A stretch of DNA of 63,715 nt, filler included, from Sphacelaria rigidula (taxonomy: Eukaryota), in the NCBI GenBank assembly GCA_964200075.2. It is 11 parts of 11 records of this genome, joined end to end, with 100 filler letters (N's around TTAATTAATTAA, not from the genome) between each part and the next. Parts side by side here need not be neighbours in the genome. Positions count along the whole stretch, not along the records: positions 11,605 to 17,306 come from CAXNAA020025131.1; positions 17,407 to 23,108 come from CAXNAA020025132.1; positions 23,209 to 28,909 come from CAXNAA020025133.1; 8 more parts are not named here. The stretch is one strand, 5' to 3'. Position 1 is the first letter of the stretch. Each line of letters starts with the position of its first letter. Shown here piece after piece: positions 11,797 to 23,586 of the stretch. Below the pieces are notes generated by a model. It saw nothing but the letters and a program-made list of their open reading frames with translations. It had not been told where the DNA came from and ran no database searches. Both the position numbers and the translations under genes were made by a program.

Positions 11797-12596
11797 GATG
11801 ACACTCCCGATCGATGCATTTAGCGGATGGAGACGAATTTCGGTGTGGAGAACGCAAAAGAGCCGAATAAAGAACAAAATGGGCCTGCATTTTGTTTTCG
11901 TAGAGGTTCAGGCGTTCTCGTGAAGAAATGGTCTTCACCGTAATATAACGCCCTAAACCAGTGAAGAAAAATGAAAAAGAGCAACCCGACGCACTTTGTT
12001 CTCTTGATTATGCGCTCAGAGAGCGCCCAACCAAAGTATAATGCACGAAGATCAAAGATAGGCCAGTGAGTAGCCTGCGAAATACTGTTCCGAATTTCTG
12101 CCGACCCGGCTTTTATAAGACCCATGCTCCCGCCAATGTTTGGGGTTGGACCTTGAAATTTGGTAGGAACAATCCATAGGGCATAGAAAAAAAATTACAT
12201 CGGCACCAGTTTTTATCTTGTATTTCATGAGTTAAGGACATTTCACTGAGACAAACATTGGCGGGAGCATGGGCCTTTTAAAAGCCGGGTCGGTGAAATT
12301 CGGAACAGTATTTCGCAGGCCACTCACTGGCCTATCTTTGATCTTCGTGCATTATATTTTGGTTGGGCGCTCTCTGAGCGCATAATCAAGAGAACAAAGT
12401 GGGTCGGGTTGCTTTGTTTCATTTTTTTTCTCTGGCTTAGGGCGTTATACTACGGTGAAGACCATTTCTTCACGAGAACGCCTGAACCTTTACGAAAAAC
12501 ATATGCAGGCCCATTTTGTTCTTTGTTCAGCTCTTTTGCGTTCTCCACACCAAAATTCGTCTCCATCCGCTAAATGAATCGATCGGGAGTGTCATC
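11797..12596. mobile_element. Foldback/long-TIR element: ~345-bp inverted arms (11797-12142, 12252-12596) around a ~110-bp spacer
   Basis: The arms are reverse complements along their whole length (gatgacactcccgatcgat... / ...atcgatcgggagtgtcatc) with scattered mismatches. Confidence 0.8.
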
Positions 12597-12904
12597 CCCT
12601 AAGGTATAGCGATTACTAGGCATGGGGTTCAATCAACGAGAAAATATGAGCCCAAACGTTTGAGCAGACGGGCACCTTGCCCTTGATCAGACGATTGATA
12701 CGATACGCGGATCACGGCCCAACTCGTCTATGTCGATGAGATATTACTTATACAGCTCAAATCCGTTTTTAGGCTGGCCCAGCTCGTACAGCAGCAGTGT
12801 CGGCGGTTGGGCTCAGGGTTCAGTCAGTCCTATATCCCGCAACGTTTGCGGTTGACCGTCTTACGATATCCTCCGACCTACTCTAGCACGCCACTCAGGC
12901 CACT

Positions 12905-13560
12905 TCGTACGAGCTCGGTCAGCCTGGAGGCGGATTTGAAGTTTGGAGGTCCACGCTCCCGCCAATATTTGGAGTTGGACCCTGAAATTTAGTATTTACA
13001 AATAAAAGGGCATGAAAACCAATGACGTCGGTACCATTTTTTTTTTCATGAGTGGAAGGCATTTTCCTGAAAGCCAAAAACTGATGATTGCCCCGGACTG
13101 GTAGAAAAAACTATTTTGGCACCGAGGTCATTCAGTTCCATGCCCCATTTGTTGTGCGTACCAAATTTCAGGATCCAACTCTCAATATTGGCGGGAGCAT
13201 GGGCCTTCAGAAAACAGGATCGGTCGAAATTCGGAACACGATTTCGAAGGCCACCCACCTGCCGGCGTGTGGTTTTCGTCTATTAAAATGTTGCGTGGGC
13301 GCTCTCCAAGGGAAAATCAACAGAACAAAGCAGGTCACTTCTTCAACTACGTTTTTCACAGGTTTAGGGCGTTCAAGTATGGTGAAGACCATTTCTGCAC
13401 GTGAACAACGTAACCTCTACGAAAAAATCTTGGAAAATGAAGGCCCACTTTTTTTTTCTCGCATCACTGTTTTGGTTCTCCGTGCCAAGTTTCGAATCAT
13501 AATTCCAAAAATTGAGCCAAAACATCGAGATGAGGCCCAAGAGCAACGTTCGTTTCCCCC
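12905..13560. repeat. Further diverged modules of the same foldback/TIR family, in both orientations
   Basis: Shares cccatgctcccgccaat..ttggaccctgaaattt and gtgaagaccatttct motifs with 11625-12596. Confidence 0.7.
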
Positions 13561-16429
13561 CAAAGCTCCACTAAAAACAAGAAAAAAAGATGCAAAAATG
13601 AAGGTAAAAAGCGTCGCTCTTTTGTATTTTCCCCATACCTGATGTCGTCGGGATATAGGGTGCAAGGAGCAGAGGCAGATAATTTACGAACCCCGCAAAG
13701 CCCACCAGATTTTTGTAATCCCTCCAGAGATACTTCACGATCCCCATCTGAGGGGGAAGGTGATGGGTTTTGGGAGTGCCTCATTCCTTTGACTTGAGAC
13801 GAAACAGCCAACACCCCATGAAAGTTTCGACTGTGTGTAAAGAACACTGCATGCCAACAATATTTTGAGCAAATCAGGCACTCCCACCGGAGATCAAACT
13901 GTCTCCACAAAGGCCCCAAGACGCCACAGCGTAGCGACACGTGCAACGCACAAGACAGACCATGAGTGTGTCTGTACCGCGGCACAGTCATACAGCGCAT
14001 GCCCCATTCGATAGTCCTTGCCCTGATTTCAGGTGGGTCCTCGAGTTTTGCCCAGCGGTGATTTTCAAATGCTCGGCCATACTCCGGATTGCCGCGAAAA
14101 TGCTTTACTTCGCTTTGAGTTACCCCTATCTGTGGGAGGTGAGCAGCTTTTTCGGGGTTTTATTTTTGTCTGTTACACGGAGCGGCCTCACGAGCGACTC
14201 GATACAATACAGGCAGACCCTACTGTACCGCTCAAGAGGGGCGAGGTCGGTTGTCCTCACAATCCACGTTTGTCGTCTCGAACGAAATACCGCAAGCGTG
14301 AAGGAGGCCGATCCGGAAGACAATTACAATAAGTTCAAATCAGATTTCAAGACTGTGCAAGCCCGCTCCAGCGAGTGTACATCCAGCAACCGGAGTAAGG
14401 CTGGTTCCTACTCACCTCCACGAACTCCTCTGCATTCGCATCAGATTGCTGTGATCTCCCACCTTGAGGGAACGACTGCGAGGTGTGATCTAGGTGGGGT
14501 GCTGGTGAGGCGGGGTTGGTGATGTGTGGTTATCATGTTTTTTTCGTCTCGCGGAAGCACCTGCACTCGAGGTATCTTCAAGCTCTACTTTTCAGGGGCG
14601 ATGTGCAGGTACGCCACGGAACAAGCGGGTGTACCCGAGTTCGCCTGTGCGCTTTTTGTGTTCGCAAACGGGAAGGTCGCGGCGAGATACGGGCCGTGAC
14701 ATACACGACAACACGGACGAGACAAGCTGTTTTTGCAACTGTCTCGGGCATACTGTTGCCTTCAATCCTCATCATGAGGAACATTGCCGAAGAACGCTGG
14801 CGATGCAACCCGACCAAATACGATCCATTTACGTGGGACGGTGTTGAAACAACATTTTGCGCCGCGAAGTGAACACAACGAAAGTACATATTTGAACCCG
14901 AACTTGCTTTGTCCGTGATGAGTGTTTTGGCGTGTATATGCCCCTACACCTGTGAATCTCATCAAGGGAGTTTCGATCGATGCTGTACATATGCCCGTAT
15001 GCCTATGACAAGTACTCGATAGCGCAACCTCAGATTTTTGTGCGCATCGTAGTACCGGCTTGCGCTGGCGCCCGCTTCGACTCACGACTGGCGTCCGCCC
15101 CTCTGCCGTCAGTAACACCTTCGCAACTCTCCTCTCCATCCGCTTCACAAACAACAGCAGGCTTCACCCGCCATTCCATGCCCTTGAGTGAAGCCGGCTG
15201 GCCTCTGCCCTCGCGCGTCTCGCGGAACACTCCATCCCTTCAGGTGATCGACAACGTCCTCAGCAGAAAGTCCGGATATCGTACGAAAAAAGAAAATGTC
15301 GGAGCAGTTACGACTGCAGAGGAGTTTACGAAGGTACGTCAAAACGTCAAAAACGTTGGCTCAAAACCCTTGGTTAGTTGGTAGCTTTAGTTGAGCGTGA
15401 TGCGTGCCGATGCGCCTATTTCGACACTGCATATCTCAGGGATCGCGGCGGCTGTCGGGCCAGGCAAGATTCCGACCGCGAGTGGACTAGACAGATTACG
15501 AATAAGGTGAAGGTGAGAGTATCTATCAAATCTCCATGCTTCATCAATTGTACACACCAAAAATCATCGTTAACCGCTGAATGTATCGATAGTACGTGAA
15601 GACGGTATAGTACTGTGCTGTATTGGTGAAGCACAGCTGCCTACTGTGCTCCCGAGTACAGCCCGTCCTCGCAACCTGGTAGAGTACAGCCTGTACTCAG
15701 ACATAGAGTAGTCCAAGATAGCAAGTATAGGCTACAGCTGTGCCGTATTTGCGAAACATGGCCTATACTTGTGATGTCGTACTGTTCGCAAAATCCGCGG
15801 CCTGTATTGTGGCACCGCATTGTACTACTAACAACGTTTTCGTGAGATTGAGAGAAGAGCGCTGACTGAGTGGCTTTGATGATTCGCTATAACTTCTCCA
15901 ATTTTTCATTCCGTGTGTGCTTTTCTTCGCATCCATCGTGTGCTTACAGCTACACGCCAACATCCTTGTCAGGGGTATCAAGGGGCTCAGTGGCAGGCTA
16001 CTAGTGGCGCTCTCATAATCAAAAACATGTCTCTGGTTTTGCTCGTAACCCGAACCTAGTTTGTTGGAAAACATCGGTAACGGGCAGCTGATTGAAAAAA
16101 TGTGGGCTCCCGAATGAGAAGAAACAACGCGGAATCGGTCATGATGAAAAATCACGGTGGAAATATGGATCCACCTATATAGGTGGATATACTTTTTGCG
16201 ATGGTATACCAGTGTAATATATTTGTGTGTAGCCAAGGGGGTAGCGCGGAGAAATGTCTCGGACACATAGCACCCCCCCCCTCCCCAGGGGACATGATGC
16301 TGAAAATGTCATGATTGTTCTTGTCAGCTTTCTTGCGAGAAATTGATCTTACCTCTGAGGCATGTCGTCAAAAAATCCGAAACAGAGTAACGTAAAAAAT
16401 CCGAAAAGAGCAGAGGCAGATATTTTACG

Positions 16430-16635
16430 TTACTCTTAGACTTATCTCGATGTTTTGGCTCAATGTTTAGAATTGTAATTTGAAACTTGGCACGGAGAAC
16501 CACGATAGTGTTGCGCATGAAAGAACAAGTGGGCCTTCATTTATAAGTTTTTATCGTGGACGTGCCAAAATAGTTTTTTTCTAGCAGTCCAGGGCATGAA
16601 CGATCCGTAAAATGCCTTCAACTCATGAAAAAAGC
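16430..16635 (-). repeat. Inverted partial copy of 13040-13120 plus 13415-13540
   Basis: tctcgatgttttggctcaat...gaaacttggcacggagaacc is the reverse complement of ggttctccgtgccaagtttcg...attgagccaaaacatcgaga. Confidence 0.75.
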
Positions 16636-17306
16636 TCTTGGTATCGACGGGAGGGCACAAGAAAAATATCCCAAGACCCACACGCCCCCCCCCCCCTGCC
16701 CCTTATCGTCAGGGAAAAAAAAAAGGAAAAAACGTTCCAAACGAAATGGGTGTTTCGGAGCCTTGTTGACGTCAGTAGACGAGAAAGACGTTATCCAAAC
16801 GATTCATGTGTGCCGTTTGTTTCTCTATACCGACTCTTGTATTGTCGTTTGTAGGTGTGTGCTGCTGCATTTGTCTCTTTATAAATATATATCAAAAAGA
16901 CGAAACCTTGACCTTGGTTTTTAGCAAGGATCCACACCTCTGTATGGATCGAGGTGTCAACCAGTCTGCAGGCACATTATTGTAGGCAGGTGCTAGCAGG
17001 GCCTTAGAGTTGAAATCTGGCACAACACTCAAGTCTGACCGTCGGGATAGTGCTGCGAGTAGAGGTCATTCTCCTAGCTGTGCACCAATCTAGAGCGATC
17101 GTTTATGTGAAGATGAACGGTCGAGTGCACAAGCACACCATCGAGTTGTATCATCAGTTGAACCTGCGGCAGGCGCTAGAGTTATGGATAAACCCGAATT
17201 GATTGTGAGAGAACAGAGCACCCAGTAGAGACAGTAACCGCCAGTTCGAGATACGAAGCAAAGTATATCTCGATACCCATCTGGACCGGGGCAGCAAACA
17301 CCATCT

Positions 17307-17406
17307 NNNNNNNNNNNNNNNNNNNNNNNNNNNNNNNNNNNNNNNNNNNNTTAATTAATTAANNNNNNNNNNNNNNNNNNNNNNNNNNNNNNNNNNNNNN
17401 NNNNNN
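17307..17406. other. Artificial contig linker
   Basis: N44-TTAATTAATTAA-N44. Confidence 0.98.
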
Positions 17407-17407
17407 G

Positions 17408-17475
17408 CTATATTCTGTGGTATCGCCACTTCCAGAGACAGCCACGGCTTTCACACTCCCTCATGGGTGTCTAAC
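17408..17475 (+). repeat. End segment of abundant dispersed repeat family
   Basis: tattctgtggtatcgccacttccagagacagccacggc...tcatgggtgtc; also at 23046-23108(-), 46245-46312(-), 46413-46482(+), 58165-58233(+). Confidence 0.85.
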
Positions 17476-17574
17476 TAGGTGGGGTGTGGGGGAAAAAAAG
17501 CGAAGGTTGCAAACGCCTCCAGAGCCAAATCGATAATGCACCCAATTTCATACATCGTCCCCACATCTAACACG

Positions 17575-17678
17575 ACTGGTCCGGCGGACACCCGGCGTGC
17601 TCCGTCCCGGCATTGTAGGGATGCAAGGTCAATGGTCTTATGGCTATGGCATGCATGATCATGAGTACACCCCCCCCA
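17575..17678 (-). repeat. Copy of dispersed repeat family (type I head)
   Basis: Reverse complement of gggggtgtactcatgatcatgcatgccatag...gaccattgaccttgcatccctaca...gggacggagcacgccggg; matches 50878 and 52450. Confidence 0.85.
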
Positions 17679-18309
17679 CATCTAACACAAAACGGGACCA
17701 CACAAGTAATGCAACGTAGTACAGCGCATGCAACTGCAGGGTGGGGGCGGTTCTTCTATCCATTTTTGCCCGAGCTGTACTCTTGACAGTTGTGATTCCA
17801 TCTCGTGCTGTGTGCTTTAGTTGGCCTCAGTATACAGTATACTTCGTACAGTGCGAATAAGACCTGCGAAGATAGCATCAGCATCAGTCGCCCCCGCATG
17901 GTCGTATTACTTTTCGGGAAAATCCCGGCAGCGTGTACTGCAGTCTGCAGACAAAACGGTACGGCATAGCACAGTACAGCACAGCACGCATCTGCGTGCC
18001 CAGGGCGATTTTTCTAGCTGTTTATTTTTCCCTAGCTAAGCTTTTGACAGCCTTTATGTTTTGTTCTATGGTATAGTTGGTGTGAGTATATCGAGCATTA
18101 CGAAGACAGCTTCAGACAGCAGACAGCAACAGTACTGCGAGGGTTGACCCCACATGTTCGCGTGAGTCTTTGGCAACACTACGACAGCACACACTGCAGT
18201 TTGCGGACGGTACAGCACAAAACAGCAGAACATAGTACATCGTTCCGTACAATCTGTACAGCGGGCAACAGATGAAAGTGGTGCAAAACCTTCTATTCAA
18301 ACAACATGA

Positions 18310-18640
18310 CCCATGGGTACACATTCCTCCCCTTTCATTCATGCATGATGAATCGCATGTACATTTCTCTACCTGTGATTCATGCGAGATGAATCAAGTG
18401 TACATGTTTCCCACCTTCCATTCATCCGGCATGAATTACAGGCACACATCCCTCCTCGTTCATTCATGCAGCATGACTCTCATGTCTATGTTTCCATTTG
18501 TGATTCATGCAAGATTAATCAAGTTTACATATTTCCCCCTTCATCTTGTAAGGCGTGAGTCAGATGTACATGTTTCTCATCTTTCATGCATATGGCATGA
18601 ATCAAGCGTATATATTTTTCTCTCACGATTCGTGCGGGGA
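18310..18640. repeat. Degenerate ~41-bp tandem repeat (attcatgc...tgaatc...tacat)
   Basis: attcatgc-like motif recurs at ~18337, 18378, 18420, 18462, 18503. Confidence 0.6.
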
Positions 18641-21134
18641 GCATCGATGTGATATGACGCCCACCAGTGATTCGTACAAGAACTGTGATTCGTATATGTT
18701 TCGCCCTCTTTATTCGTGTGAACACTTGCACACGTTCCCACTTCGCAATTCGTCCGGTACGACCTTGACAAAACAACTTTACCATCCATAATTCATACTG
18801 GATGACTCTCCCGCACATGATTCGCACTCAACGTTCATGAAGAGTCAACCCGTATGAACTCCGATCCGTACAGCCCGTGGAGCCCTCTTCATCAGCACTC
18901 AAGAGTACCAGACTCAGTAGATAATGGTGAAATCAGCAGGTCGTGAGTGCTGCGGACACAACCCCACTTTTGTGTTGTCCGGGCTCTACGGAGAAAGAAG
19001 CATTTACCAGGGATGTTCTTAATCGTGTTTAGTCCAAAAACCGTGGTTCGGCTCTCGGGCAATGAACAACTCGAAACGATCAGAGAACAACAGTCCAGCA
19101 CAATTGTTCATCAGATCGATGCGGGCAGTTTTCGACCTGGCGGGAGTACCGAAAAGTCAGAACATGGCGCTGTGATTTCGCCCGAACCCCTCATGACCGG
19201 TTGGTCCGTAAGCCGTTCAACATCGATCGTAGAAGTGACTTTCCTCTCGGAATTCGGAGCGGATACTACCATATCCCGATCCACATATTTTGCGACCACA
19301 CGCTCACGGTGATAAGCGGTGGCAGGCGATAAACCAAAACAACCATCGCCTTCAACCAAAATGCCTCCCTCAAATGCACCCTCTTCGGTTATTTCTGCCT
19401 TCCTTCCGCAATCATGGTCGGGTGCGAATAATGCGGCTCTGACCCAGGGCGCGACAAGGGAGGGTTCTAAAAATGTTGAAACATGACACTTTGAACTTCA
19501 CTCGATTCAAACTCACAAATTCGCATCGGCCACTGCAGTCCGAGATGATGAGAAGGTGATTCGGCCCGCCTTCCTCGTTGTCCTGTCCCGCATCCGTGTC
19601 GGGTGCTTGAGACAACCACTCCATTGCTAATGGTACCTGGCAGAAAGATTACACGCGCGTGCACAGCCAGCCACACCCACACCACACAACGCAAAAGATG
19701 AAGGGGGATCATGCCGCGGCAGGGTTGCACGGAAGATTTCTCAGATTTGAACCATAAGGAGGCCTTTGTCTCACCCAAAAAACGACTTATTACGCATGTG
19801 AGAGCACGCCACAATTAGCACTCCTATGGACTAGGGATATTTCGAATGAATCTTGTTCGGCTGAGTTGGTGAGACTAGAGTCGACGCAGTGCCGGAGTAC
19901 AGATTGAATCCGCTACACCAAAATAAAAGGCGTACAGAGGGGGACATATTGCCTCATCGCCGGGGATCACAGGCTTGTCTCGGGGAAGGAGAGGGTTAGA
20001 AGTGAGACAAGAACAAAAGAATAGTACCTGGGGTATCGACTGCCGGACACCTCGTCACCAGCGATGGAGAGCACAGCGCGATAGGGTTGGGTTTTGTACA
20101 CAGGGTATGGAGTTCCCCAGCAATAGAACTTGAGGTGCAGAAATTGTAAGCGTCTTCAGCCTTGCGTCGCTATGTGAGGATATGGGAAGACATCTCGTCC
20201 ACCTTCCCTCTTGTTTTTGCTTCTTCTCCCTCTTCCTTTCTTTCCGGGCTTCTTTCACTCGTCTGCCCTCTCCCGATATTTCTATACGCAAGCTCTATGC
20301 TACTAGCCAGTGTTTACCCCTTGTTGTTACCTCGAATACGTGAATATTCTTGTCATCTTTACATTGGTCAACCAATCGATGTCACTCACAGTAATAGGGA
20401 CCTACACTTCATAGAGCCCAGCCTCAAGTCATGATCTATGCAGGACACCACACTGTATCCAGAGACTACTCTTTATTGATCACCAACAATCCTACACCCG
20501 GTTCATCCTCAAGCGATAACAGAGGCGACAAACACGATATAGGGATAATCTACGAAGAACCACCTACTGCACGTGGTGAACGATATAAGCTCCCCATGGG
20601 AGCTTCCCACGCTTGAGCTAGTGATCGGTTGACAATGGTCGGCGCTCGAACGCTGGATTGTTCAAGGAGAATATTTCGCACATGAACGATCACTCAACTT
20701 GATTTTTCTAAACCTCATGCATGTTCGTGGAAGAAGCAGCTTGTTAACAGGGCACGTGTCCCAGTTCTGTGTTGTCAGCACGACACGGAGTGGAAACCTG
20801 TTTGCTTCTTCGGGAAGAGGGATTGTCGACCGTACTGGTTCGAAAACATGACCCTTCGGCTGTAGAAGAGTGAAATGCTGCAAAATGGAAAGAAAAAAAA
20901 ACGTATACAATTGTTCGGCATAACGATTAGGATTGATATCAAAGACCCAGCGCCTGATGCTGTACACACGCAGGATCTCCGACCACCGGTGGACCCGGAC
21001 GTCTTTCAAAATCGATCGTAGAAACGTTTCTTCTCTCAGAAGTCATATCGGACTAACATCGTTTCATACCCACTTGTAGGATCAAACCTTCACCGCGGTG
21101 ATTCTTGGGAACCGAAAGAGCTCAATTCTCGCTT

Positions 21135-21266
21135 GAAATCGGACGTATATTTTTCGAATGTTGACTGATGCAGGCAGAATTTTGCACATCACAGCTTTGA
21201 TTCCGAAATCGGACGTATAATTTTCGAGTGTTGACTGCTAGAGGCAGAATTTCTCGAAGTCACAGC
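21135..21266 (+). repeat. ~70-bp tandem duplication
   Basis: gaaatcggacgtata.ttttcga.tgttgactg...aggcagaattt...cacagc occurs twice. Confidence 0.75.
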
Positions 21267-23045
21267 GGAGTCGAGAGCACACGACCTGCGCACAGAAGTA
21301 GCCTGCAAAGCTAGGGCGTAGGCGTCCCCCAGGTGCGCACCGTGGCCCTGCATGAACTACAGACTTACTGTATATAGTAAACGATGAGAATACCAAGACG
21401 CATGACCGTACTCCCGTAGAGAACTATATACTTGAATATCATTCGGATAATGCCCATAAACCAAAGCCTGAAAATGATGAAAATGGTATCTAGTGGGTAA
21501 TGGCGCTACCAACCCTGCCGGAATGTATAGTAGGAGCTATCCACGGCTGCATCGGTGTGGTGTTGCATCACCATGTGCTAGCCAATGCCAGCATTCCAAG
21601 TATACCCAACTATGCTTCAAGATGTTTAGAGAAAAAAAGTACGCACAAGCCCAGCAGGGGTTTTACCCAGATTCGTTGCCCGAAATCCATGCTTTGAACA
21701 TGCTCGATCCGAATGTGAGTGCCAATATTCGGATCTTGAGTAGGGCTGACAGTCTCGCTTGCTTCTTGCGTGCGCAGAACGCACCTCTGTCAAAGTAAGC
21801 GCCACAGGCACCGATGTGAGGTCTGCCAACGCGCGATTTGCCCAGGGTGCCCCTTGCATCACGCTTTCACGAAGGTTCTCGGCATGCTTTTGTTGGGGTT
21901 GAGGTTAAGGTTAGAGCAAGGGGTAGCTTGAGCGCTATTCCAAAATGTATCAAACCATGGATTTGGGGCTACGAACTGGAGAAAATCCACCTGGAGGAAT
22001 CGCTCCGATATGGTTCATCACTTGGCAGGACTACTTCAACAGGATACGTCAAGCGCGTTGCTTCGCTGACCCCGAACGTCTGGCACCCAGCAATGCCCAT
22101 CGCTTGCTACGAGGGTGATGGCAAGGGTACCCCGCATGTGCAAAGCCTACAAGCATCGTCTCCCCCTACTGTCATCCACACTACCCACCTGATTGTAAAC
22201 GTTGAAGGTATACCACGGGCGTTGTGCAGACACCAAAATTCTGTGGCGTAACGCCATCAGGTCACCCACGTATGTCTCCCGTACAGGCCATCCCCGGTGC
22301 CCCTCCAGCAGCCCAAGGTCGAGGTGAAAGCCAAACGTTGTCTTCCCCCTACCGCGGTACACCACGAGAACATAAAAAGGGCCCGAATGCGGTAAGGGTA
22401 ATGGGCCAGAGTACAGCAGGGCACAAGGGTAGCTTAGTATTCCACTTACCCGAAATGTTCACAGCGTTCCTTCTTTTAAAACTACTCCCGATAACCTGTG
22501 ATCTCAGCACGTTCGGCAGTGATTCGAAAAGAACGAATAACTGTTTCCAACAACGGGATACAATACTCTGGATTCGACCACTTGAGGGGCTGTCGGATAT
22601 TGTCAGACAGCTGAACTCAAGCACACAAAAGTGATTAAATGTTCCGTCACGGACAAAATAGAGTTGACCCAAGGCTGTGCGTTGTCATTGGATAGCAACC
22701 AGAGATAACCACGCGTCAATACATCTCAAATATCACGTTTCTATACTCCAGAATACAATAATTTTGCATCTCCGAGGGACCGGAAACAACAAATCTTTAC
22801 TTCGAGAGATGGCGTTCTCTGAATTCAAGCATGCTTTAGCTGTTGCACCATGTCAGACCCTCAGCCTCTTGTCGACGAAAATAATGAAGTGGTGAGCTTT
22901 CTTGACCAAAAGTTCACTTGAACAAGAACGGGGGGGGGAGGGCGGGAGGAATCACTGTTTCCTCTCCTGGAAAGGTTAGTGAAGCCGTACTTGAACGGTC
23001 TCTCCGGGACGTGCATCATCCCCTCCCTCCCAAAGAAGGGAATGG

Positions 23046-23108
23046 TTAGACACCCATGAGGCAGTGCATAAGCCGTGGCTGTCTCTGGAAGTGGCGATAC
23101 CACAGAAT
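23046..23108 (-). repeat. End segment of dispersed repeat family at contig end
   Basis: Reverse complement of 17411-17475. Confidence 0.85.
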
Positions 23109-23208
23109 NNNNNNNNNNNNNNNNNNNNNNNNNNNNNNNNNNNNNNNNNNNNTTAATTAATTAANNNNNNNNNNNNNNNNNNNNNNNNNNNNNNNNNNNN
23201 NNNNNNNN
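23109..23208. other. Artificial contig linker
   Basis: N44-TTAATTAATTAA-N44. Confidence 0.98.
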
Positions 23209-23244
23209 GATTTCTTATGCGTCAGTAAGACGGTCAGTGTGTGC

Positions 23245-23525
23245 GGCGGGGGTATGTTAGTGATCTTGCATGCCGTAGTCATATAACCCATGGAGCCCCC
23301 TACAAAGCCGAGAGGGAGCACGCCGGATTTTCGACGGACCAGGCTCGCCGTCAATCACCAAGCGCAAAGCGCCGTCATGTGTTTGGCGTGTTGCATAAAG
23401 GGTGAGCTGCATCCTGCCAAGAGTTTTTGGACCGAAGCGTACTGGTTATCTCGCATTTGGATGACTGGTATCACAACTTCCAGCCAATTCCAGAGGGGGT
23501 GTACTCATGATCACGCGTGCCGTAG
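23245..23525 (+). repeat. Longer diverged copy of dispersed repeat family
   Basis: ggagcacgccggattttcgacggaccaggctcg...gctgcatcctgc...gttatctcgcatttggat matches 58015-58160. Confidence 0.75.
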
Positions 23526-23586
23526 ACCTCCAGGGGGGAGGGGGAGAAGGGGGCGAAAGAACGATATATGCGAACAAAACCAGTAC

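Noticed and set aside
17408..23108. Inverted ~65-bp sequences at both ends of contig 4 as TIRs of a 5.7-kb transposon
   Set aside because: The same segment ends other contigs, and 58015-58233 shows it is the tail of a longer dispersed repeat running off the contig; two independent copies are more likely.
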